A stretch of DNA of 63,289 nt, counting the filler, from Nemertoderma westbladi (lineage: Eukaryota > Animalia > Xenacoelomorpha): NCBI GenBank assembly GCA_032718475.1. It is 3 parts of 3 records of this genome, joined end to end, with 100 filler letters (N's around TTAATTAATTAA, not from the genome) between each part and the next. Parts side by side here need not be neighbours in the genome. Positions count along the whole stretch, not along the records: positions 28,542 to 45,202 come from JAUCBJ010000911.1; positions 45,303 to 63,289 come from JAUCBJ010005091.1; 1 more part is not named here. One strand, 5' to 3'. This document shows positions 38,149-50,812 of the stretch, piece by piece; the stretch's first letter is position 1; each line of letters starts with the position of its first letter. The position numbers and the translations under genes are program-made. Under the pieces are notes generated by a model. That model did no database searches and was not told where the DNA came from. It saw nothing but the letters and a program-made list of their open reading frames with translations.

Positions 38149-39738
38149 AATTCACATTGATCTCCAATCAAAAATTGATTGGACACAGACTGACAAGGCA
38201 CAAACGGGCAACAGGAATGAAAATCCAAACCTTAAATCTTCCACAGCCATACAGTTCTGCAGATGACAGGTTTTAGGTAGGTTGTAGGTACCTTAACAGG
38301 TTGTAATTTTCTGTGCCAGTTAGGCAAGTCTACCATAGGTAGATAGGCCTACTGCAGTACTGGTAATCGCAAATACTGAAATACTGTACTGACTGATTGT
38401 CAGACTGTACTGCTGTAATGTATGGTAGGCCTAATACAGCTGGTACCAGTTGCCGGTACCTAGTGTACTTGTACTTGGTAGGCCTAGGCTATATTATTAT
38501 GAAAAGAAAACACGTTTTTGGATGAACTTACAAAATTAATTAGGCCTATATTACCGGTAGGCCTATGAAAACACATTTTTGTTTGAACTTGCAAAATTAA
38601 TTAGGCTTTATTATGAAAACACGTTTTTGGTTGAACTTCTAATTATATTATTTACCGGTAGTACCAGTAGGCCTACCGGTACTGCGGTACTCGATACAAT
38701 TGAGGCCCAGCAGCCTAGCATATTTTAGTATAGGCCTACCTACCGATAGGCATATTACAGCCGGTGTAGACTAGGTCTGTAGGTAGGCCTACCAGCCTAC
38801 TGAATGACTCTGAATGGCTATGAGTGGTTGATCTGTAGCAGGCAGGGAAAGATTACAGGATTATGGATTTGCGGGCCCCTGGCAGTCCCAACCTTCAGTC
38901 CCCCAACCCCCCCCCCCCCCCCCCCATCTAGGCCTACTCTGTAGCCTAATAGGCTAAGCGCTAAGCAATACCAAAAACGTATTTTCATGATACAGTGAAG
39001 TGATTAAGTGATATAATTCTGGAGGGCCGATAATATAATTAATTTTGTAAGTTCATCCAAAAACGTGTTTTCCAGTTTTCATAATATAGCATATAGGGCT
39101 CGATCGGAGTTCCGGCTCCGGCCGGAGTTTCTTACATCTGGCTCCAAACCGGAGCGAGTTAGAAAAATCACCGGAGCCAGAGTTTTTTTAATAATGTATG
39201 TTTTATATTAATGTACATAATATATAGGCTAGTATAGGCAGATAGGCATATGGCAGCAGTATATTCCAGTGTATGGTACTCCAATAGCCTGCTCCAGCTG
39301 TCCAGAACCGGTAGTACTGCAGTACTGTACTGTCTGACTGTACTACTTTGATACTACTATTATTCAGTTATTACAGTAGGGTTAACTAGCCAAATTCCGG
39401 CCACCAGGCAATTCCGGACAGGGTGTTCAAATTATGGACAATTACTATGTTTCCTATTACGTTTCATATTCAAATTCCGGACAATATTGATATTTTTCAA
39501 AGCAGATATATAGGTACTGGTGCTAACTGTAAAGCTAACGTTAAGTTGATAGATTAGATATGCTAATAGGCCTAACAGACCGCATTTACTGCAAAACCAG
39601 TACTCCATTACATATTTCAGTATTTTAATAGTAAACTGCTGTTTTTTGTAGTATTAGATTAGGCCCACCTTACCTATAAGCCTACTTATATTATTATATG
39701 CTATGGTGTTATTTCTTATGACATATTAACCGGTAATA

Positions 39739-41799
39739 ATGGTTCTCAACTATAAGCGAAAAACTATCAATAAATACTCAGAGGCAGACTTGATGGCCGC
39801 TATAAAGGCATACAAGGATTCCAAAAGTCTTGGGCAGCGGGAGCGCAGGTCGATACGAGATATTTCAAAAGAGTTTAAGGTGCCAAAAAGCACCATTAGC
39901 CAGTGGCTACGTAACGATTTCAAGGGTTCTTTGAAGCGCCCAATGAAGAAGGGACGTGAGAAACATTTTGGAAGGGGGTCCCCACCAGTGATATCCGCTG
40001 ATTCTGAGAGATATTTAGTATCTGCGTTACTATATCTTGGTGATTGTGGCTGGCCCCTTACTCGAGACCAAGTTACTCATGTGGTGAAAACATACCTCGA
40101 TAGGACAGGACAGGAAACGCGCTTCAAGAACAATGTTCCTGGATATTCGTGGCTTCGTTTGTTCGAGAGGAGACATCAGAAGGAACTAAGTAAGAGGAAA
40201 CCCGAATATATAACAATAGCCCGTGCAAGGGGGCTGAACAGCACTGTTTTGGATCAGTTTTTTACGCTTGTGGAAGACTTTGTCAAGAAATTGGATATTG
40301 CTGAATATCCAAATAGATTCTTCAATTTAGACGAAATCGGTCTAAGCTGTGATCCCAAGGCATCAAAATGTTTTTATAGACGTGGCACGACCGATGCGCA
40401 GTATCTGGTCCCTAATGAAGGAAAGACGTCATTTTCGGTATTGTTTGGTGGCAATGCATCTGGGACCTACTTATCCCCTTATGTTGTGTATAAGGGCAAA
40501 ACAGGTGTGGGGTCAGGAAGGAAGGGCGGTATGGTTGCTAGTTGGTTAGAGGGGGGACCAAAGGGGACATCGTACAACCTAACGGAAAGTGGCTGGATGG
40601 AGCCGCATAGTTTCGAAACATGGTTTTGTTCAAAGTTTATTGAGCAGGTCAAGAGGATCCCAAAACCGCTTATAGTGTTTTATGATGGCCATGGGTCCCA
40701 CATATCTTACGAGGTCTCACTTAGTGCAATTGAAAATGAAATTCATATTATAGCATTACCACCTCATACCAGTAGTGCGCTTCAGCCATTAGATGTGGCA
40801 GTTTATGGCCCCGCCAAAAAAGAGTGGCGCAAGATTCTGGGAAACTTCTACAGGGAGAGTCGTCAATCTACAGTTAAGAAACAAATATTTCCCACATTAT
40901 TAAATCAACTATTTAATCGAGCATTTCTCGCAAAGCCAGATCATATTATAAGTGGATTTCGCAAGTGTGGATTATACCCGGTGAATCGTGACGCAATTCC
41001 AAAAGGCAAAATTGACTTGGAATTGGAACCAATAATTGAAGAATCAACCCCCACTAGGCATACAGTCTCTAATACACCTGACTCCGAATCCGTTTCCATG
41101 CCGACCACTTCTACACCGATTGCTACAAGTACAGGCAGTATATGCGACATAGAGGAACTTGAAATACTTAATGATACCGAATGTGCTGTCTCTTCAGGAT
41201 CTGATCCAATGACTTCGCTTTCACTGCAAGAGATAGTGTTATTGGATAGGCCTAATCAAAGTGATGACCATTTGGATTATCAACCAATAACATCGCCTTT
41301 ACGACAAGAACCACCGATGACATATATTCAAGTTCAAACTCCTACCAGCAGCAAGCGCAACGAAGGTCTATCGCCGAATTCGGCTATGCGACATGCAATA
41401 ACAAGAGTACTACGACCAGCAATATCAAAAGAGACGAAATTCGCATTAGAAAATGCGAAAAGAAAACGTACTCGAGTTCAAAAGGAACACGGGGAAGTTT
41501 TAACCAGTGAGGAGAGCCTTGCACGCCTCCTTAAAGAATCTGAAGCCCAGGAAGAAAAGAAAAAGCACAAAAAAAGTGGTACTGGAAATGGTAAAACCAA
41601 AAAGAACGTGGCTTTAACGGCAAACATAAATCCAAATATTTGTTATTTTTGCAAAGAGATGGAACCACCTGGAGAAAGTACAGACATTGATGATGAGGAT
41701 CCTATTCAGTGGATTGCATGCGATAAATGCGATCGCTGGTACCATGAGGATTGTGTTGATGATATATCAGCACCATGTGTAGTTTGCGAAACTGACTAG
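39739..41799 (+). CDS. pogo transposase: psq HTH, CENP-B HTH, DDE_1 (DD35D), C-terminal PHD finger
   Basis: NLDEIG, YDGHGSH-(35 aa)-QPLD, GFRKCGLYP, CYFC...WIACDKCDRWYHEDC...CVVC; 686 aa uninterrupted. Confidence 0.93.
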   Translation: MVLNYKRKTINKYSEADLMAAIKAYKDSKSLGQRERRSIRDISKEFKVPKSTISQWLRNDFKGSLKRPMKKGREKHFGRGSPPVISADSERYLVSALLYLGDCGWPLTRDQVTHVVKTYLDRTGQETRFKNNVPGYSWLRLFERRHQKELSKRKPEYITIARARGLNSTVLDQFFTLVEDFVKKLDIAEYPNRFFNLDEIGLSCDPKASKCFYRRGTTDAQYLVPNEGKTSFSVLFGGNASGTYLSPYVVYKGKTGVGSGRKGGMVASWLEGGPKGTSYNLTESGWMEPHSFETWFCSKFIEQVKRIPKPLIVFYDGHGSHISYEVSLSAIENEIHIIALPPHTSSALQPLDVAVYGPAKKEWRKILGNFYRESRQSTVKKQIFPTLLNQLFNRAFLAKPDHIISGFRKCGLYPVNRDAIPKGKIDLELEPIIEESTPTRHTVSNTPDSESVSMPTTSTPIATSTGSICDIEELEILNDTECAVSSGSDPMTSLSLQEIVLLDRPNQSDDHLDYQPITSPLRQEPPMTYIQVQTPTSSKRNEGLSPNSAMRHAITRVLRPAISKETKFALENAKRKRTRVQKEHGEVLTSEESLARLLKESEAQEEKKKHKKSGTGNGKTKKNVALTANINPNICYFCKEMEPPGESTDIDDEDPIQWIACDKCDRWYHEDCVDDISAPCVVCETD

Positions 41800-41851
41800 C
41801 TTTTGCACTTTTGGTAATATCAAAAACATAAATGTAATTTTCAATTGTTAA

Positions 41852-42300
41852 TTGCCGTAATAATTCGTTATGAGTTATAATTATCATATTAGTTTGGCTT
41901 ATTGAATGTATGAGTTTGCCTAATATAATTTGCCGTAATAATTCGTTATGAGTTATAATTATCATATTAGTTTGGCTTATTGAATGTATGAGTTTGCCTA
42001 ATATAATTTGCCTTAATAATTCGTTATGAGTTATAATTATCATATTAGTTTGGCTTATTGAATGTATGAGTTTGCCTAATATAATTTGCCGTAATAATTC
42101 GTTATGAGTTATAATTATCATATTAGTTTGGCTTATTGAATGTTTGAGTTTGCCTAATATAATTTGCCGTAATAATTCGTTATGAGTTATAATTATCATA
42201 TTAGTTTGGCTTATTGAATGTATGAGTTTGCCTAATATAATTTGCCTTAATAATTCGTTATGAGTTATAATTATCATATTAGTAGGGCGTATTGAATGGA
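41852..42300. repeat. 78-bp tandem repeat (about 5.7 copies) in the pogo 3' region
   Basis: Unit ttgccgtaataattcgttatgagttataattatcatattagtttggcttattgaatgtatgagtttgcctaatataat. Confidence 0.95.
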
Positions 42301-43789
42301 TGAGTAATAATAATTGTCTCAACACTTTATTTAGACTTTCCGATCGTCTTCATATTTTTTGTCACGGGGGGGGGGGGGGGGGGGGGGGTTTAGTGACAGT
42401 TGCATCAGCCAGGTTAAGTGAATGGTGTGGTGTGGGTAAAGGAAATAAGGGGCAGCGACCCCCGACAACCCACTACTGTACGTCGTCAACTACAGGCTTG
42501 AACTACAGTACAGTATGATAACACAATATTATAAATTAATATTATTAAGTTTATAAGTTACATACCGGTAAGAAACTTAAAAAAACATAATCTATAATTT
42601 CTATCAATATCAAAGGCACAGCAACAGGGTTGCCCAACACTTATATGCAAACAAAATTTCAAAATAGGAGACTGTACAAAAGTTACCTATAGCCCATCAT
42701 TACATGTCCAGAATTACCCAAATGTACGGAATTACCCAAGGGTGTTCAAATTCCGGACAACTCGACTTCGAAAAATAAACACCCAGTTTCGAACATTTGT
42801 CGAAACTGGGTGTTAACAACATAGTGTTCATTGCAATCAGCGATAGCCCAATGTATAGAAAAACTGATAAATTATGGAATAAATTAATCTATGTTGGCGT
42901 ACAAGTCTAAAATGTAAGATTTTGTCCGGAATTTGGCGAGCTAACCCTATTACTATACTACAGTACTACAGTCTGACAGTAGACTGGTAGAGCAGTGTAA
43001 TACTAAATAACTTAGATTTACTGGCAGGCTGGTACTGGTAGTACTACAGTAGTACCGGTACTACTTCCTGACTTCTGTATTCACTGACTTAATCTAATTC
43101 CGGAACTGCTGTACTGGTAGTGGTAGGCCTACCTGGCAGCTTGAATACACAGTCTGACAATCCCGCACCTCAAGCTACTATACTTCTACAGTACTATACC
43201 TGTATACAGCTATATGTACTATAATTCTGGAAGGGGAATGGACTGAGAATGATGCAAGGAGTTCTGTCCGCGACCAGGATATAAGTACCAACGACGGCGA
43301 CCTGGTGCCCGGATATGAGTACCGACGACGGCGACCCTGATATGAGTACTAACGACGGCGACCCGGCCCGGATATAGGGAAAATACACATAGGGAAAGAA
43401 ACTCCGGCTCCAGTCAAACTCCGGCAATTTTTTTCCACTCCGGCTCTGGCAAAATAAAAACTCCAATCGAGCCCTAATAGCATAGACCTACCGGTTGTCC
43501 GGTTATGCCTAATTAATTTTATGCCACCAAAAACGTGTTTTCATAACATACCAGTAACAATTAATTTTGGCCGAATTCAGCCATCAGCCACCGTAAAAAC
43601 ATGATAAACAATGCACCCTGCAATGGACAGACTGACAGATGGAGTAGGTACCCGGTACCCTATGGCTACCTACGGTATATCCGGTAGGCCTACTACTGGC
43701 AGGCAGACTGGTAGTAGCCAAATGCCTGCAGTTTAGAGTTTACTAACTAGTGTACTGCTACTGACTATGTACCAGTACCTACTGATGAC

Positions 43790-43885
43790 TAGGGATCGAC
43801 CGAATATGAAATTTTGCCGAACCGGAACCGGAACCGAATTTGAAAAAATTCGGCAAATTCGGTACCGGATATGCCGAATATTCAA
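43790..43885 (+). mobile_element. Orphan hAT-like left terminus
   Basis: tagggatcgaccgaat followed by ccgaa/ccggaa subterminal repeats; no partner TIR was found in this contig. Confidence 0.55.
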
Positions 43886-44569
43886 AGATTTGACTTTAAG
43901 TGCCAAAGTACCATTCATGCAGGCCTCAGTCAGGTTCCAGATGACCAGCTGCGCCTGTTATTAGCTAGTTCTTTAGTTTATTAGGTAGCCTACTGACAGA
44001 TGCAGACATATGGTACACTACAGCACTACTACAATGTGCAGGTGCACTGTATGTATAATGTTAAGGGCCATGCAGTAGGCTGGTAGGGCCTAGAGGTGTA
44101 ATGGAAATGGAGTAGGACCTACAGACCTATCAGTCTGGAAGCTGCTTGGCTTTGTTGCTAGGCTACCTGTAGACCTGTAGCCAGTTTAACAAAATTAGTT
44201 TGGGGGGTAATCCTAATTACTTTACCATGTTTGACTAGACAATTTTGTTATGTCACGTTTTCTCGAACCCCCCCCCCCCCCCCCCCCCCCCCCCCATGTC
44301 ACAAACTCGAAACTGTCAGGATAAGTTGGACCCCCTCCCATGCGTTGCGTAATTAAAGGATGGCCCCTAACAGTGAATGGTGCCCTGCAGGGAGTTTATA
44401 GCGAATGCGCGAGTTGTGTGCATCGAGTGTCGTCCTCGTCATACAATATGTTCCTTATGATCTGGTACCACCTAAGTCAAATCAGACTAATAAAGACAAA
44501 CATTTCATACTTGTTTTCCAAATCAGTTAATGCTCCTTTCCGCCCTATGATAACTGGCCCCACAGTATT

Positions 44570-44772
44570 GGTGAAAAAATATCGAGACTTGAAAAATATT
44601 GTGATTAAAAATATCGCAAGTAAAATATCGCGAGTGAAAATATCGCGAGTAAATATTTTTACTCCTGATAATTTTTGAACTCGCGATATTATTCAACACG
44701 CGATATTATTCAGTTATTCAACACGCGATATTTTTTACTCGCGATATTTTTCAAGTCTCGATATTTTTCAAT
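44570..44772. repeat. Foldback MITE-like palindrome built from aatatcgcgag motifs
   Basis: tgaaaaaatatcgagacttgaaaaatat ... atatttttcaagtctcgatatttttca, with internal motif arrays in mirrored orientation. Confidence 0.8.
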
Positions 44773-45202
44773 ATAACCGCCCCATCCTGCCATCAACAAA
44801 TACCCCCCAACCTCCATTGCATTCGGGATTGCATTCGGGTAGACCTATACAGCTATAAGACCTGCCTGAAAAATTAATATACTGTCTGACTGTAGAAAGT
44901 ACCCCCTTACTGCCTTACGAAAACAATGTGTACAATGGCCAAAAAAAAACTAAATAATAACACATCAAAAAAACGCCATCAAAATGACCGAAAACTCTGA
45001 AAACAAATAAAAAAAACAATAGAAAATAATGCTAAATAATGGCTGAAACCAATAATAAAAAGGCCTAACAAATATGAACGAATATGTACTCTGAGTCTGC
45101 TCTGCAGTACGGTACCGCAACAGCAGTGCTGTATGCATATGCAGTATGTTACCAGAACCAGAGTACATAGTAGGCCTACATCTGTACATGTACTGCAAAA
45201 TA

Positions 45203-45302
45203 NNNNNNNNNNNNNNNNNNNNNNNNNNNNNNNNNNNNNNNNNNNNTTAATTAATTAANNNNNNNNNNNNNNNNNNNNNNNNNNNNNNNNNNNNNNNNNN
45301 NN
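45203..45302. other. Artificial assembly linker (N-run with TTAATTAATTAA)
   Basis: Same 100-bp construct as at 28442. Confidence 0.97.
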
Positions 45303-45303
45303 G

Positions 45304-45670
45304 TACCAGTTTTCAGACTTTTGAGGGGGGCTAATTTTCCTGAGGGGAGGCATTATTTCCTAAGGAGAAAATGCCCCCCCGGGCTAAATTTCCTAGGAAA
45401 AATTGCCCGGGGGGACATAATTCCTAGGAAATAATGCCCCGGGGGGCATATTCTAGGGGGGGCTGATTTCCTTGTGACACCGGTATCGTACCAGTTTTCA
45501 GACTTTTGAGGGGGGCTAATTTTCCTGAGGGGAGGCATTATTTCCTAAGGAGAAAATGCCCCCCCGGGCTAAATTTCCTAGGAAAAATTGCCCGGGGGAC
45601 ATAATATCCTAGGAAATAATGCCCCGGGGGGCATATTCTAGGGGGGGCTGATTTCCTTGTGACACCGGTA
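45304..45670. repeat. Two tandem ~185-bp copies of a transposon terminus ending gtgaca|ccgg (Ginger1-like)
   Basis: Near-identical duplicate with ttcctaggaaa / gcccc motif arrays. A TGT-type end abutting CCGG fits Ginger1 target preference as recalled. Confidence 0.5.
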
Positions 45671-46833
45671 CGGTCCGCTGCCTGTAGCCAGGCTGAGGGC
45701 TGACCAGACCAAGCTGCTTGGCATGGTAGGAAGCTTAATACTGGTGGTACCTGTGTGTGGTACTGTACGATTTGTTAATCACTTAATTGCTGTCCGACTG
45801 CCTGGAGGATAAAGCTGCGAGGCTCTGAAGATGTGGACTGGTAGCGATACAAGTCTGTACAGCAGGCTACAGTAGGTAGGCCCTACAGTACATATTTCGT
45901 GCTCTTTTCCTATCTTTATGTTTAATATGTAAGTTGGACGCAGTCTTAAGGAAATGAATATTGATTTTATTTAAATAATAATAAAGCTGGCTTTAAATAA
46001 AACTGTTGTTTTGTAACTACAGTATGCCAATGATTACGGTAATGTAACACGGAATCAGTCTTTTTTATATATAGGCCTAAGGAGATTTATAAATATCCGG
46101 GATGAAAATTTCCCTGGCCACCTTCCTGGACTCGAACCCACAAACATCTAGAGTCAGAGACCCGAGTTCAAGGCTCCGATATAATTAAACTGTTAAACCA
46201 CTACACAATGAATTTCCTTGATATATATACAGTATATGTCTACTATAAATGGTTCCGCATGCACCAATATGAAGTCCTAATAAATTATTAGTTTTTCTGT
46301 ATTCGATATAAAGTAGGCCCTAAAGTGTTTCTGTCACGCAGGGGTCAAGTACAGGCATTCACAAGAACGAGCATAGCGAGTTAGTGAATATTCTCGAATG
46401 TCTCCTCAATAAGCTCAAATCTCTGTGAAACTGCGTCCTATCGAAGAACAATAAACACCGATGTTAGTCTTTATATCATGAAACTTTTAAATAATAACTC
46501 GTGAATGTGTCGGGAAACTCAAGAAATATTTCAGATCCTGGCTGACTAGGCTCCAAATGTCCCATTTAGATAGGGTGGGGCACTGACTCACTATTTTTAT
46601 CCAGTTTACAAAAGGTTTTAGAAAATTATTAGGCCTATCAGTGGTCCAAAGTTAGGCTACCACTGTAGCACCTGCACCTGCTCTGCATGATGTGTTCTAC
46701 AGTAAATATGGATCTGGCGCGCCTATAGTTTATTAAAACATACTTTTTTCACCAAAATTAAATGATACATTTATCGAAAATATCGGAGGATGAGGAAAAA
46801 TTTTAAATATTAATAAATATTAAATTAATTTAA

Positions 46834-48097
46834 CCCTTTGACGCCTGAAGCTGCAATTGAAACTGCATGCTAGGGCTCTGATAAAATTGCCAATTTTAAA
46901 GGAGACATTATCCATGTAAAACACCACATATAGTAACACATATTTATGTATACAACATATATTTATATATAAATATATTATATACATAAAATAATATATA
47001 TAATACAATATTTATATATATTTTTTTAATAGTTTTAATTTTTTAATATATATACATTTTTTTTTAATTTTTATTTTTTTTAACCTTTTTTCTAAATTGT
47101 GAATATTTTTATTTCTATACAATGCATAAACGATAGTAACCTACTTCGAAAAATAGTGGGTTTGGGTTACCTGACTAACAGGTAGGCCTTTTATATTATA
47201 TAACAGATATTATATATAACCGACAGTATAGCGAAACCTAAAAAAGCCCTCATCTCCAGGAGAGTAACGTCCTTCACTTTTAGTTCCATCGGACCACTCC
47301 CAGTACCAGTACCGGTACCGGTGCTCGGTGGTAATTCAACTATTTTCTCCCGCTGTATTCTATTCTTCTATTCGTACTATCACACAGTACTTGAATCAAA
47401 CTATCAGTAACAAACGTATCGACATAATTTTCCAAACAAAACTCTGTTGCGTCGATAGCATTCTGAGACCCAACTTGATGCGAGTTCACAGGGAAAGGCC
47501 TATCTAAGTTTATTGAATCATTGTTTCCCGTCACAAGTTTCCAAGGCGCCAACTCAGGTGGGATGTTTCCATAACCAACAGTGGTTCCAGTAAGAAGGAC
47601 CAAATCTATAGGATCAGAATCGGAAGATTCTGAGTCAGAACAATTATCTGCATGTTCATCATCAGTCGATTCGATGTCTGATAGGCTATTTCGTCATCTG
47701 ACTCGGAAAAACTGTCATCGATATCGAAGCCAAGTCGTTTCAGTGGTTTCGGGTCCCTCTTTGGATAAGAGGGTTTCATAATGTCTCTCTACATTCTACA
47801 CCTTGCTTTACATAGGCTACACTGCGACTGCACTGTAAATGTAAACGTCGCTACTGTTCCTACTGCATACTACAGTACTACAATACTGCATAGATAGATA
47901 CACAGTTATTAAAATTATTACACATTTGAATTTCCCGCCAGATGTAAGCGCTGAAGGGCTCTGTACATTTAAATAATGTTCCTGCTAGGGCTCTGACATC
48001 TGATAGGATGCTAAGGATAAGAGAAACATCATGACCTACCATGTAGGTCATAGAGCCCTATTGTGTGACCTACCATGTAGGTCACAGGCGTCAAAGT
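46834..48097 (-). mobile_element. piggyBac internal-deletion derivative
   Basis: TTAA-ccctttgacgcctg ... caggcgtcaaagt-TTAA; the palindrome tgacctaccatgtaggtca occurs twice subterminally; truncated acidic N-terminus and FVTDSLIQVLCDSTN (start of the piggyBac DDE domain) at 47340-47779. Confidence 0.85.
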
Positions 48098-48306
48098 TTA
48101 ATATAAAATTTTAATTTTCCGGTATCTTCTGTAGTTATACAGTATTTAGTTATGCATTATTTAATCATTCTGTATGCACAAATACATTTTAATGATTTAA
48201 TATATATTGATATATATTTAATCCCCCCAAAATACCAAGCCCCATTTACTTCACTTGCCCCCAAACAAAACCCTTTTAGAAATGTTAATAATGTGGAATA
48301 ACACAT

Positions 48307-48437
48307 TTATTGCCCGGTTATCAAGTTATTTTCCCTAATATTTTACCCTCGGGCAGGAAACCCTCGGGCTACGCCCTCGGGTTATTCCTGCCCTCGGGTA
48401 AAATATACGGGAAAATAACTTGATAACCGTGCAATAA
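48307..48437. mobile_element. Short palindromic element, Crypton-like non-autonomous
   Basis: About 60-bp arms around ccctcgggctacgccctcggg; four ccctcggg octamers. Confidence 0.6.
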
Positions 48438-49427
48438 GTATTGATATTTATACATTATACATGACATTATATGATATTATTATGATGTACAATTATTGGA
48501 ACAGCAAGATTTACTTTGCAAGCTTTACGCAGCAATAATAGTCAATGATGTCGTAGTGTTCCAACCATACGAAAGTTTGTGCAGTTCTGAGTGGCATTGA
48601 ATGTATAATAATTAAATAAATATTTCAGAAAATTACAACAATAATACTTTGTTTATCTTAAAAAACAGCAGTAATACTTTACAGCAACGTTTTTTAAATT
48701 TTAAAAGTATTTGGAATAAGAAAATATCGGTTAGATTTATGTTAGCTACAAATTTTAATGTTCTAGGAAATAAAGAAAACTGTTCATTACATTATTTCAA
48801 AAGCGTAAAAATTTTGAAGACCAAGTAAACTTGTTACCCATAACAATGAAAGCGAAATCAAAGTTCATGGTTACAATGATGGTGACCAAAGATGCACTAA
48901 TGACAAACCATTAATATACAGTATGCTTATAGTGGCGGCTATAAACTTCAGATTTATCCCAACAAACTTATTACTTTTTTACAGCAATGTTTTTTAAATT
49001 TCAGAATTTAATATTACTACTTTATAACCAAAACCGAACTGTTAAAATAATGTTGTCGAAATATAATATTAAAAACACAGTTCTAGAATATGTTGTAGAG
49101 GAAACATGCACTGTTAAATGGAAAATTGATCGGTGTATGTAGAGGAAGCTTTTTACGTCAAATTCCCAAAAGTTCAGAAGCCAATCTCAGGATGCCCAAA
49201 CTTTCGCGAGGGTCACCCAGGCTTATTTAACTGCAAAATAATGATCTTCAAGATTTTCTATAGATTTGGAGTTTCGCAAAAATTGGTCACGGATTTTAAC
49301 TGGTGTGACTCTACTAACGCTACGCCGACGGATGACTGCATTCAACCGACAACAGTCACCTGTCAATGTATGTAACACTTACAGCTCTAGCTTGGAAACG
49401 CCTTCAAAGTTAGCAGTGTCCTTAGTA

Positions 49428-50812
49428 CAATGTCGTTAGCAACGGGCTTTAAACGCTTTAAACGAGTTTACATACTACCAAGATATTAAGTATAAGGAAC
49501 AATATTATGCACGATTTTTAAGTTTCTACAGTAGTTGCCTTGGCAACGGGTAATTTTCACAAGAAACGGGCTTTATATTAGCTGTAGCGTCATTAAATCA
49601 AACTCCAACCGCACTATATCGAGTATAACGAAAAATATGCAATATGTTTTAGTTTTTAGATACCATGACAACTGGTCAGAATTGTTAACAAAGTGTTTTT
49701 CATATCATTTACTGTACATACCTGTTATAACTATAAAAGAGCGCATTTTGAAAGAGAAGTGATGTTTACAGTTACATACTGTATATTTAAAAGTAATTTA
49801 AGAGAAATTACATTTGTCATCATTTATGCCCTATAACATTCTTAAATAAATGAAATTACTGGTACATTGTCTTAAGATTTGCAATTACGACAGTAATCTG
49901 TGAGTGCACATAACACCGTTAGGCCTACAAGAACACGAACAGTGCGCATGCCAGCCGCTAGGGGCTACATGTGTAAAGTAAACATTAATAATATTTGTCC
50001 TTCCATTTTTTATTCCGGTCAAGGTAAAACTTGGCAAATATGTACTAGACCATCAGCTGTATATTTCATGGGAGGCTAATCCGTATGCAGTTCTCAAGTC
50101 TACCGCTAGAGGGCGAAATGTATAATAGCGAAATCTTTCTCTCATTTAGTTATTTATAATCCATTCAATTTGAAACTTGTGAGATATGTACTAGAACACA
50201 GCCTGCATCATGGTGGGGTCGGTAATCGATCTGCAGTTCTCCAGTCTGCCGCTAGAGTGCGATATATCCGCTTCCTCATTCCGTTGTTCTTAAACCATTT
50301 AAGCAAAATTTTGGCTTGGCATATGTACTAGACCACATGCTGCGTCTTTGTGAGGAGGTTGATCGGCCAGCAGTTATCCAGTCTGCTGTTAGAGGAAGCA
50401 TGTGCCATACATACTGTATAACATGTCAACACCCATCTTCTATGTCAAAAACGTATTTTTTAAAAGAACCTTATAAATTCGAAGGCGCTCTTTTATATAG
50501 TGAAAACAGGGAAGTGATATACTGTATGAATAACACGTCGTCAACAATTCTGACGAGTTGCGATGGTAAATAATATATTGTATATTTTTCCTTATACTCG
50601 ATATAGAGGGGGTGGAGGTTGATTTAATGACGCTACGGCTAATATATACAGTAGCCCGTTTCTAGACAAAGTTACCCGTTGCCAGGGCAACCAGAAACTT
50701 AAAAATAGTGCATATTGTTCCTTTATACTGTACTTGACATCTTGGTGGTAGACTCTGATCCCATGAAGATACGACCACTGCAAAAGCATTACGCCCGTTG
50801 CTAAGGACATTC
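49428..50812. repeat. Inverted pair of ~220-bp repeats (49428-49645 and 50575-50812) enclosing a three-unit tandem array
   Basis: Arms share gttgcc..ggcaacgggtaa, aaacgggct, tagc.gtagcgtcattaaatcaa and tatatcgagtataa in reverse complement. Confidence 0.75.

Larger units (their letters stand above)
39374..42952 (+). mobile_element. pogo-superfamily (Fot1-like, DD35D) autonomous-looking transposon
   Basis: TA-cagtagggttaactagccaaattccgg ... ccggaatttggcgagctaacccta TIRs; aattccggaca subterminal repeats; intact ORF. Confidence 0.9.
39094..43476. mobile_element. Non-autonomous hAT element (about 0.8 kb of own sequence) hosting a pogo transposon
   Basis: TIRs tagggctcgatcggagt / actccaatcgagcccta; perfect 8-bp TSD atagcata at 39086-39093 and 43477-43484; ccggag/ctccgg subterminal motifs. 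Confidence 0.92.

Noticed and set aside
41702-42325. 207-aa repeat ORF, or a CRISPR-like periodic array
   Set aside because: 78-bp units are fully repeated with no unique spacers; there are no cas genes and the context is eukaryotic.
45304-45670. Tandem duplication as a biological event
   Set aside because: Near-identical copies sit directly against a gap and may be an assembly artefact.
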